The notes beneath the pieces are model-generated. The model worked only from the letters and a program-made list of their open reading frames with translations. It was not told the origin of the DNA and did not search any database. Below are positions 1 to 10,210 of a stretch of DNA of 64,000 bases, piece by piece. The position numbers and the translations under genes are program-made. The DNA is taken from positions 57,040,001 through 57,104,000 of the forward strand of contig NC_043000.1 of the NCBI RefSeq assembly GCF_006345805.1, read 5' to 3'. This stretch comes from Octopus sinensis (Eukaryota). Positions within the stretch are counted from its first letter, which is position 1; every line of letters starts with the position of its first letter.

Positions 1-284
1 AAGACAGATGCAACTATTTTTAGAAAATTTGCTTGAAGCACAAAAAACTGTTTTTTAAGGTTTTTTTATTCACCTCCACAGAAATGTTGGTATAGCTATT
101 TTTGATTAAGTTATCTCAATTAAATCAACTCCAGCATTTGACTGTCAATATATTTTATCGACTCCAGAAGAATGAAAAGCAAAATTAACCTCAGAAGAAT
201 GAAAAGCAAAATTAACTTCTATAGAATTTGAACACAGAAGATAACTCATAACTAATACCTACAAGGTTCAACTAAAAATATTGC

Positions 285-490
285 TTTCAAATTTTGGTAC
301 AAGGCAAGCAAATTTGGAGGAGAGGATAAGTCAATAACATCGAGCCCAGTGCTCAACCGATACTGATTTTATCAATCCCAAAAGAATGAAAGGCAAAGTT
401 GGCTTTGACAGAATTTGAACTTGGAATGTAAAGACGGATGGAATGCTGCAAAGTATTTTGCCCAGCATGCTAACAGTTCTGCTACCTTAC
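285..490 (-). mobile_element. tRNA-headed SINE, family B (Nin/Deu-like core), decayed
   Basis: Reverse complement matches the GTTCAAATTC..CTTTGCCTTTCATCCTT..GATAAAAT.AGTACC pattern also seen at 10379-10601, 26180-26290, 26470-26570 and 40380-40500. A 27-bp tandem duplication (165-216) lies in an adjacent fragment. Confidence 0.6.
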
Positions 491-1110
491 AACCTTGTTC
501 CACTTAGAAATATAGGCTCAAGGCCTTGGATTTGAAGGATGGGTCCACCAGAATATAAACTTCTTATTTACCACAATTATTGGCTTGATTTGCTTACATG
601 GATGCATACACATTGCACATCCAGCTTCATTCCTCTTCAGTCTTTGCATGTCCTCTGCATCCAGTGCCCATGTTTTACTACCATGCAGTATTACAGTTCA
701 CACATATGCATCATACAATCTTCTGTTCACCCAGAGAGAGAGAGAGAGACCATTGGTTACTAACAAAAGGTAAAAGCTCTCTGCACTTTCTCCATCCTAC
801 ACACACACATAGAAGAGATATAAAAGTTGGTGCCTCAAACAAAAATACCTTCTGGCGTTTCATTCTGCTCAGCTATGTCTCTTTATGCCCAGGTTGACCT
901 TCTTTGTTTCTAAATAGGTTGATAAAAATAAGTATCAGACTCAGAGTTGATATAATAAAGGTGGTTACTCTACCATGGCCACAGTCCAATGACTTAAGCT
1001 AGTAAAAGAAACAAAAATGAAATATTACAATCTCAACTGGTTTGGATAGAAGAAGGACATATCATCATTCATTTTATTGTTGGAATGATCTGGAAATATC
1101 TTCATTTTAT

Positions 1111-1616
1111 ATCTTTTACTTGTTTTAGTCATTAGACCGCAGCCATGCCAGAGCATTGCCTTCAAGGGTTCAGATGAACAAATTGACCACTGTATTTACT
1201 TTTTAAGTCTGATACTAATTTTATTGGTCTCTTTTTGCCAAATCACTAAGTTATGGGGGCATAAACACACCAACACCAGTTGACAAGTGGCAGTTATGGT
1301 GGTGATGGTGGGATAAATACAAACAAAATCATACATACATAGATATACATCCATCCATACATACGTATGTACATACATACATACATACATACATACATAC
1401 ATACATACATACATACATACATACATGCATACATACATACATACATACATACAAGCAAACAACAAGTTTCTTTCAGTTTTCATCTACTAAATCCACACAA
1501 AAGGTTTTGGTCAGCATGGGGCTATAGTAGAAGACACTTACTCAAGGTGCCACACAGTGGGACTGAACCCAGAGTCATGTGGTTGTGAAGCAAAATTATG
1601 ACCACACAGCCACACC
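1111..1616 (-). mobile_element. tRNA-headed SINE, family A (Meta-like core), with expanded central (ATAC)n
   Basis: Head GTGGCTGTGTGGT..CACATGACTCTGGGTTCAGTCCCACTGTG, core ACCTTGAGTAAGTGTCTTCTACTATAGCC..TTGTGTGGATTTAGTAGATG, microsatellite 1330-1452, tail ending GACTAAAACAAGTAAAAGAT. Confidence 0.8.
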
Positions 1617-2042
1617 TCATTCTTTTTCACTTGATTCATATAAATCAATTGTTTGAATGTGTAACAAAAGGAATAAACTGAAATTTTCAAAAATAACCGA
1701 TTTTGAAAATAACTTTTTTCCCATAAAATATGGATAGGAACAACATAATCATTGATATTGATTCCTGGAACAGAATAAACACATTTTAAAAGATAAAAGA
1801 GCAACTGATCATAAAGACTTGGAAGTTCAATGAATTTTAAAAAAGCAGTGTAGTGCAGGTTCCTAGCATATCATAGCAAGCCTCAGCACTAAAATATTGA
1901 AAATTATAGATCAATGAGTCTGTATTGTAATGAGTTTGAACTTTCATATTAAGGACTACAGGAATATTGATTTTTGTAGGAGAATGGAGTTGTTAATTAT
2001 ATGTACAACGACACAAGCATATTACTGGTATATATATTGTAA

Positions 2043-2727
2043 CCCATTAACATTCAAGCTGGTCATATCTGGCCTAAATATTCTACCAGTTTCATGTTAA
2101 AACTGACCAGATCTGACTTCTCACACCTATCCTACAATGAAATTCTAAAAATACCATAAATCCTCGAGTATAATCCACATTTTTTTCCCCATAATTTAAT
2201 GGTCAAAATCCCTAGTGCATACTATATACGAGGTCAAAAATGAAAATTATTTTCTAAGCAATGTCCGAGTCTCTATTTGCTGTCTGGCAATGTTTATTCA
2301 GATGCATTTTATAATGTCGTGCGCGAAAATACCTTAAGCTAAGCCTGAAAGCAATGAAGTCATAAAAGAATCATCCATAACATGCAGTAAGCAACATTTA
2401 TCAAATGTTATTACTGTTATTACTGTTATTTCTTTATTTTCTGCAAATAAAAAGCACAAAAAAGCTACACGTTTGCATTGTTATATAGGCCTCCTTGACT
2501 CAAGTTAGAGAAGGGGTGCGTATTATACACAAGGTTTAGGTTTTTCAGAAGTACAGCCCCCTAAAAATCCCCTGCATATTATACTCAAGGGCAGACTATA
2601 CTTGAGGATTTACGGTAAGCAATCACACTATGAAAATCTCTTAGCTACAAGTTAATGCATGATTTTTTTCAAAATAATATGAATAAATAAGCATTGAATT
2701 TGAAAGAGTAACCTGAAAGCTAAAGGA
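2043..2727 (+). mobile_element. piggyBac-like MITE (family D, ~220 bp) interrupted by a Tc1/pogo-type MITE
   Basis: Ends resemble TTAA|CCCTTTAGCATT...AATGCTAAAGGG|TTAA. Removing 2154-2617 rejoins CTAAAAATA|AGCAATCACAC as in the other copies. Confidence 0.65.
2154..2615. mobile_element. Tc1/mariner-pogo-type MITE, TA target duplication
   Basis: TA|CCATAAATCCTCGAGTATA ... TATACTTGAGGATTTACGG|TA: ~19-bp inverted termini flanked by TA. Confidence 0.75.
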
Positions 2728-3199
2728 TTAATGACTTAGAGAAATGAAACATAAAATAGAACCAACCCTTCAGGATTCAGAATTATTGGTTAATGTGTTT
2801 GTATAATTAAAGTTTAAACTTTCATGTCACCAACTTCAGAAATATTAATTTTTGCAGGAGACTGGAACCATGGTTGAGAGTTAAAAAACACAACTATATT
2901 ATGAATACATTAATGAATTCAGAGAGCAGGGTTGCCAGATCAATTTTGTAAAATGTGGCACAAAATTTTCATACAGTTTGTGTTAGATAGTAGCCTGAAA
3001 ATTTTGATTGTAAATTTAAAATATATGCATGTACAAATTCAGGTATACATGCATGTATGCAAGTTAATAAGTATTTATACAAGATCTCCAAGAAAAATTT
3101 GGCAAGGCAGAACATGACCACTTTTGAATCTATTCAGTGGGATTGGAGGAATCCTGTGAAATTTTTTGAGTGGGACTCATCAGATATTCAGGGGCCTTT

Positions 3200-3343
3200 T
3201 ATGTATGTATGTATGTATGTATGTATGTATGTATGTATGTATGTATGTATGTATGTATGTATGTGTGTGTACGTACGTGTGTGTGTGTGTATGTATGTAT
3301 GTACGTATGTACATACGTACGTGTGTGTGTGTATGTATGTATG

Positions 3344-3377
<34 letters not shown>

Positions 3378-3395
3378 TGTATGTATGTATGTATG
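3200..3395. repeat. (ATGT)n/(GT)n compound microsatellite with internal 20-bp perfect palindrome (3301-3320)
   Basis: Direct reading; GTACGTATGT|ACATACGTAC. Confidence 0.95.
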
Positions 3396-6300
3396 AGGAT
3401 TGCTTGTAGATCAGTCCTGCTTTGCTTATTCAACAATTTTAAATGATATTCAGTAGAATTCTTCATTTGATAATTAATATTTTGAAATAGGAGAGAAAAA
3501 AAGACCACAACACAATTCAGTTTCATTTAAATGTCAACCATGACTGTGATAAGATTAACTCAATGTGTGAGCTATGCATATCATTATTGTTGTCTATTGA
3601 AAATGACAAATATGTGCAATGGCAGTGTCTAAGCATGGCCACAATCAACTGGTTGGAACTAGTTAAAGAGTGAAAGATAATTACAAAGATTATTCAAATA
3701 TGATGAAATGTAGGAAAATAAAGAGTAGTTCATACTTAGAAAAGAAATGAGGAAATTACATAAAGTATGGTTGCATATCAACCCACACATCACACTGTGC
3801 CATAGAGCTGTTTGACATTTGAATGAAATTGAAAAATATGTTTATGGTCGTTTTTCTCTATTAGATGAAAACTTTTCATCTGAAATTTTGCTTTGATTAT
3901 TATCCAGAAGATTGTTTTGTTTTGTTCTTTAAAATGTTTTGTAGGTGTGTTACAGAGTTTAGAAGAACATGCAAATGTCAGACATTGTAAATAAACTTCA
4001 TATAAGTTGTTTCCATAAGGTAGTTCGTTTTTCTCACTAGAAACAGTTTCATTTCACTGTTGCTATCAGAAGGAAATTCATATGGTGAGTAACAGTAAAA
4101 GAATAAAAGATTATTAAAGAGGTTATTCAAATATCAGGAAATGTAAAAAAAATAAACAATAGTTTTTGTACATAGAAAAGAAATGATTAAATTCCTCAAG
4201 GTATAGAGGCAGTATAATCTTGTTAGTGTGATCTTTAGTCACATGAACTGTGACAAAATTTTGACACCAAATAACAAATAGTGAGTGTTTAAGTGAAGTT
4301 AATAACCTTTGTGTATTTTTCAGATGGTTAATGTGTGTCTTCTGTACTACAGTTTCAACACATGGTCTCATATCATATCACTTGCCTGGAAAGCACTCTT
4401 CTGATATTGTGATAATTTGGCTGTTTATAATAATGATTTCAAGATATGATTTAAATAAAATGACTTTGATTCATACTGTTTGATAAATTAAGGGACTGAC
4501 CACCTTTTTAAACAAATTAACCTAATATGTTAAGGTCTCACATATTACAAACCATCTCAGACTCATGAAGTTGATGCAACTGATGCTCAGTCTGAACATT
4601 TAAATAGTCAATGTATGTAACAGAAATGTAAATCGAGGTAGAACCAAGGAACTAGTGAACTCTGCTAAAGCCAACTGGATTAGTTAATGTGGATTCAAAT
4701 CCTTCCAGAATCAGTTAAACAAATAATGAGGTTGATGTAATAACCAAAAGGTTTACATTTAGCTTTATGCCCATTTTTCTGTGTTAGCAAAGATGGTGTA
4801 GCATACTCTTAGTGAAATTCTCTCTCTCTGACATATATAACATAAATACGGACGTAGCAGATAACAGCCAACCTTTGGCCGCTTGGGCCCTGTTGTGTCC
4901 CCTACTCTGTAAACACTTTCTATGCTCTGTATTTTATCTCACACACATACACCCTTGTTTGTATACACATACACATTATTGTATGCATGACGGCCTGTCT
5001 ATTACTATTGTTCTTATTATATATGTACTTATGACACACACATGTACACACACTCTGCTACCCACATGTTAACATCTAAATAAAACCTTTCTCTAAATAT
5101 TCTATGGTTGTGTCATCTTCCTTATTCCATCTGGCACTCTTATTCATTTATCTATATTTTGGCTTTTATTGCAAGGTGACTGTGTGGGGTTTAAAGGAGT
5201 CATTCATTCATCACCTCTCCTTTCGCACGGTCATTCTACAATGGAATAAGTTTTGTTGTTATTGTTGCCCTTCCTTCTGTAAACCACTGAACTCTGAATT
5301 GAAAGTGAAATGTGTTGTCAGTCAAGCAAACTGAAGTAACCAGAAATATGAAAAATATTTGCATATCATCTGAAGTTAATTACATCATCAGCTGTACTTT
5401 TCCAAATATTGAATGGACAAAGGAATAAAAAATATTTGTTGAGAGTTATTACTGTTTATTGTCAAAAAGCTAGAAAAGCAAAACAGATTATGACTCAATT
5501 TTTATCAATGATCCCTAACTAATGCAACTGTCTCTTGAGGAAAAGTCATAGAAATTACAAAATAACTGGCATCTAGTATATGGTTTGAATATATCAACTG
5601 AGTTTATCAAGTTGACTGATGGGTATCTACAAGCTGAACATTCCAATATCTTGGTACAATCACGAAGAAAGCTGTCAAGTTACATTCAGTTTGAATAAAA
5701 ATACTTGCTGCATATCTTGAAAGATCAAAATCATCTTTACTTCATGATAAATAAGACACAGTTTGTAAAATATGCAAAAAAATTGCTCAAGTAAAATCTG
5801 ATCAGAAAGAAATATGAAATGATTGCAAGAGACTGTGATTTTAATGCATGTCAGTGTGGATGTCATATTATTATTGTTATTTATAAAAAAAAAATATAAT
5901 GTAGAAGTGAAATGGCTGAGTGGATGAAGTAATTTGTATTTGTGTCAGTAAACATCCAAAGTGAGTTAAGCCATCTTCTACTAGTGAATCTCACAGGTAG
6001 TCTTAAGCTGCAAGCATACACTATGGAATAGTGTGATCCATAGCAGAACAAATTGCCATCAAATGCCAACACTGTAATAATAGAGTGTAGCATTGGTTAT
6101 GACAAAGACTTGGAGTCAGTTTATATACAATATTTATTGCTACATTTTTTTTACAAGGCTTCATGAAAATACAGAGTCAATCTTATATGAACATCGGGAG
6201 CTTCAACAGGTAATTGATGATTAGGCTGATATTTCAAATCACTGCATTGATTCTTCATTCATCTCCAAGTCGAGTATAGAATTGTGAAAACAGTTATTAG

Positions 6301-6774
6301 GAAAATTACACTGGTTTGAGTATGAAGTTGTGAAAACAGGAGAAATTCACCTGGGATCAAATGCAACGAAATCCAAATTCACTCTGATTTTGGTGCTACA
6401 AATCTCTGTTTATAAGGCCTTCATTGAAAGAAAATTTTAGAACTTATGATGTGAGCAATTAGTTTTGATTGACAGAAATGGGACCTGCATGCATAATAAA
6501 CTTGTGATTTACATGCACTCGGAAATGGAGTTGGGAAAACAATTGCCACAAGGGACGAAACAAACCACCTAGTACAGCAACAAACATATCTTGAATTTCA
6601 AAGAGAACAAAGACTTGCCATAAAGTATTTGTAGACCCAGAGTTTTGCATCTGCACAACCAGAGTCTGTGAATTCAAGGCAGATGCATACTGAATTTTAG
6701 CTTGCAATATGAATGGTCAGAGTGTTGAATTCTTGCTTTTGCACCTGTCTCTATTTAGTGTTGCTAGTGTGTGG

Positions 6775-6900
6775 AGGCACAATGGTACAGTGGTTAGGGC
6801 ATCAAACTTGCGGTCATAGGATCGCAGTTTTGATTCCCAGACTGGGTGTTGTGAGTGTTTATTGAGCAAAAACACTTGAAAGCTCCACAAGGCTCTGGTA
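6775..6900 (+). mobile_element. tRNA-headed SINE head, family E (truncated)
   Basis: A-box-like TGGTACAGTGGTTAG and B-box-like GTTTTGATTCCC; same family as the longer minus copy at 20301-20595. Confidence 0.65.
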
Positions 6901-6914
6901 GGGTGGGTGGGTGG

Positions 6915-7290
6915 CAAGATAAACTTTACTGTGGTCACAATGCCGAGATATGATAGGGAATGCAGTGCTTCAAAAATAGCATGACGGTGGCATTCAGGAA
7001 CGAGGGGTCGTGGTGATCCAGTAGAAACATTGCAGAGAATGGTTCTTTCAGAAAAAGGCAGAGGCACCCAGTAGAAACATTGCAGAGAATGGTTCTTTCA
7101 GAAAAAGGCAGAGGCAGGTGTTCAAACTTGCAGCAGGAAAACTGGTGAAGAGACGTCCAGAGAGTCTAAGGAGGATTGATCAGTAGCCATAGCAACCAAA
7201 TCAATCAAAGCAGGAGATGACAATGCACTGATAGGCAGGCGAGATAAGGCGTCAGCAGGGATATTGTCAATGCCAGAGACGTAACGAGCA
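6915..7290 (-). pseudogene. Ty3/Gypsy pol fragment: RNase H end, linker and integrase zinc-binding (HHCC) start
   Basis: Minus translation RYVSGIDNIPADALSRLPISALSSPALIDLVAMATDQ (cf. VxGxxNxxADALSR) and LPFSERTILCNVSTGSPRPLVPECHRHAIFEALHSLSYLGIVTT (cf. LHxLSHPGI). Disrupted by a 50-bp tandem duplication. Confidence 0.85.
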
Positions 7291-7364
7291 ATGACTACTG
7301 CAACGATAACAACTATGGTTGTGCCTATACAACCACAGGTTCTCTTTCAGGGTTCCAGAAAGAC

Positions 7365-7560
7365 AGGCTGTCACATCCTTGGCCAGCCATGTGTGGCGCC
7401 TTAAGAATGAAGAAACCCATTCAAAATTAAATGGAGGATCATAAAACAGCTAGTGTCCTACATAAACAGGGGCAGATGATGCAATCTCTGCCTAGCAGAG
7501 TGAGAAAGGATCCTTAAAGACTTTCTGGACCCATATTCTCTCTTAAACTCTGGACACAGG
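7365..7560 (+). pseudogene. Penelope-like element GIY-YIG endonuclease C-terminal fragment
   Basis: With one frameshift: TSLASHVWRLKNEE/PFKIKWRIIKQLVSYINRGR*CNLCLAE, matching the PLE motif LSKHIWxLK..IKWxI..Y..G.K.CxLCLxEK. Confidence 0.75.
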
Positions 7561-7979
7561 ACCTATAGCCCCTTTCTCCCCATTTCAAATACTGCCTGCT
7601 GCAAGCATGGGATTCCCCATGCATCAATTAGAGCTGGAAAAAGTCTTCGCAGATTGGAAACAGCCTAAGGGTGAAGATTCCCTGTTTGCCCTTTGAGTCC
7701 ATAAGATTTGCCAACTGAACCAGTCTCAGGAAGATAGCTCATCTTGGCTAAAGCTCTAATAGTATTTTGTCCATTGTTTATAAATTAACTGACCATAACA
7801 GATTTCTATCTCCAATTTGAAGAGGGGTTATATGCCCTCCATTATTAGAGTTTGATAAGTCATCCATAGAGCTAAGCACTTTATGGATGCAAATGCATTG
7901 GTCACTCTATGACCAGATATATATTTAACTGCATGTAAATATATATACACATACATACACACGTACATATACATACATG

Positions 7980-7983
<4 letters not shown>

Positions 7984-8040
<57 letters not shown>
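7984..8040. repeat. (AT)n microsatellite
   Basis: Direct reading. Confidence 0.95.
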
Positions 8041-8042
<2 letters not shown>

Positions 8043-8372
8043 TATTATATAAAATATGTTGTCTGTGTGTGTCTCCTCTATGCACAGCCAAACCTCTGGA
8101 TCAATATGCACCATACATGAGGTACAAGAATACTTTTACCTGAGAAATAATAATACAGTCTTGATTTATTTTTTTATTAAAAGTAAATAATATTGCTTTG
8201 TATATATAATAAAGATTCACTTCTTCAAACCATTTTGTCAATGTCAACTTCCTGTGTTTAGTGTTCTAACATAGTAACCATGTAACCAGCTATTTACACA
8301 CACACACACACCTATGTATACATCATTATAGTTGTGACGATTTCTGATAAAAAAGAATTTCTAAAGGTACTT

Positions 8373-9300
8373 TAATCATCATCATCATCATTTAATGTCC
8401 GCTTTCCATACTGGCATGGGTTGGACGGTTTGACTGAGGACTTGCAAGCCAGTTGGTTGCACCAAGCTCCAATCTGATCTGGCAGGGTTTCTACAGGTGG
8501 ATACTCTTCCTAATGTCAACCACTCCGAGAGTGTAGTGGGTGATTTTACATGCCACTGGCATGAGGGCCAGTCAGGTGGTACTGGCAACGGCCATGCTCA
8601 AATGGTGTTTTTATGTGCCACCTGCATAGGAGCCAGTCCAGCAGCACTGGCAACAACCTTGCTCGAATGTTGTTTTTCACATGCCACCGGCACAAGTGCC
8701 AGTAAGGCAACACTGGTAACGATCACACCCAAATGGTGATTTTTATGTACTAGTCTATGTTGTGGGGTACATTCTTCACCTGGGAAGGTTTTGGCATTTA
8801 TAACTAGCCATCTTTCCCTTTTCCTGGTAAGGATGTAGTCAATTTGACTAGTGTGACTACCAGATTGGTAGGTGACTAGGTGATTGGCAGGTTTCCTAAA
8901 GTTAGAATTGCAAACCATAAGGTCATTTGCATTGCAGAACTCCAGCAGCCTGGTTCCCTCCTCATTGCGGGAACCAAAACCATAACCTCCACATATGCCA
9001 TGGAAGCCTCCCGTATGTTGTCCAACATGTCCTTTGAAATCACCAGCCACAAAGAGAAGGTCCCTGTCATTTGTTGCTGAGGTAGTCAGCAAGAGGGTGT
9101 CATAAAATCAGTCTTTCTGGCCAACATTAGCCCCGGTTACCTGATGGACAGAAAGTAGGGGTGGGGATGGCATTAAGCCTTTAGAAGTGTTCATGGGAGA
9201 CAACCGAAGGGTGTCAGAGGATAGGGACTCCCGGAACTGGTGGTGGGGGTGGGAGGACTTTCGCACTGTGAAACAGCAAAGCCGGTGTTAGGAATAGCAT
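8373..9300 (-). mobile_element. Internally deleted RTE-clade retroelement: 5' part, AP endonuclease fragment, family F 3' end and (GAT)n tail
   Basis: Endonuclease piece fused directly to the family F 3' region (8373-8750), which ends CCATGCCAGTATGGAAAGCGGACATTAAAT(GAT)n. Confidence 0.8.
8752..9125 (-). pseudogene. RTE LINE apurinic-like endonuclease (EEP) domain fragment
   Basis: FYDTLLLTTSATNDRDLLFVAGDFKGHVG...GYGFGSRNEEGTRLLEFCNANDLMVCNSNFRKPANHLVTYQSGSHTSQIDYILTRK...TFPGEECTPQHRLV: GDFN-, IDY- and SDH-equivalent motifs. Confidence 0.9.
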
Positions 9301-9747
9301 ATTAATAGTAGAGAGAATTTTAAAATCTTAGAATATTCGGTCAGCCAATCTGTGACAAAATTAGAGAAATGACTAATTGATGGTGTGACAAAAGTAAATA
9401 GATGGATGAATGAGTGATGATAGGGTATTCGTGTGAACTTAAGTTTGTTTTTAAGACAGAAGGCAAAAACTATGTTTACAGAACTAAGAGGGGATTATGA
9501 TCTGCGCTGAAATAGAGGTGACAGATGTACTGAGGTGAAAAAAAAACAAGATTCCTAATCTGAACAACATCTTCTGGCTGGATTTGTATTCTTTAGGCGG
9601 GGTTACTGAAATGTAGTAGGAATCCGAGAGAGCAAGTTTATATAGAGTGGGATGGTCGAGGAGGAGGTAAGCGTTTGGAGAAGCAAGTGGTTATTGAAAC
9701 AGGGAGGGAGAGAGAGAGAGAAGTAAGAAAGAAATTCTTCTCCAGCT

Positions 9748-10210
9748 TTCTATTTGTGTATCTGTATATACAGGTTCATTTCTGTAAAAATTTTTCAATG
9801 TCAACAGGTCTGCTTCATATATAAGATATATATTTAGATGTGTGTAAATGCATTCTACATAGAGGCCTTTTTTTCATATGTCAACAGGTCTGTTTTATAT
9901 ATGTAAGACATATATTTGTGTGTGTCCTCTATGGATTGCCAAACAGCTGAATCACTCTATACCATAATCTTCTCTACCTTTCCATTTGTGCATCTGTATG
10001 TAAAGGTTCATTTCTATAAAAATTTTAAATTGTCAACAGGTCTGTTTTATATATATAACATATATATTTATGTGAGTGTGTTAATGAAAAAAAAATTCAT
10101 ATCGGATATACACACCATTGTTTTCATTTAATTGATCAATTGTCAACAGATCTGTTTCATATACATAAGATATATAGTTATGTGAGTGTGTGTGAGAGAA
10201 AAAAAAATTC
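9748..10210 (+). repeat. Degenerate tandem repeats upstream of the Helitron ORF
   Basis: TGTCAACAG(G/A)TCTG at 9799, 9879, 10031 and 10141; ATTTGTGYATCTGTAT..AGGTTCATTTCT at ~9750 and ~9985. Confidence 0.8.

Noticed and set aside
2927-3190. CAGGGTTGCCAG resembling a hAT terminus
   Set aside because: No matching inverted terminus or TSD was found.
4041-4085. Plus-strand AG/GT-bounded 45-nt segment with a strong ATG|GTGAGT donor
   Set aside because: It is isolated, with no compatible neighbouring exons or recognisable peptide. Similar isolated donors at 51000 (-) and 57538 (+) were also left uncalled.
9799-10160. Regularly recurring 14-mer that might suggest a CRISPR-like array
   Set aside because: Spacing is irregular (80-152 bp), the spacers resemble each other and the context is eukaryotic; it is a degenerate minisatellite next to the Helitron.
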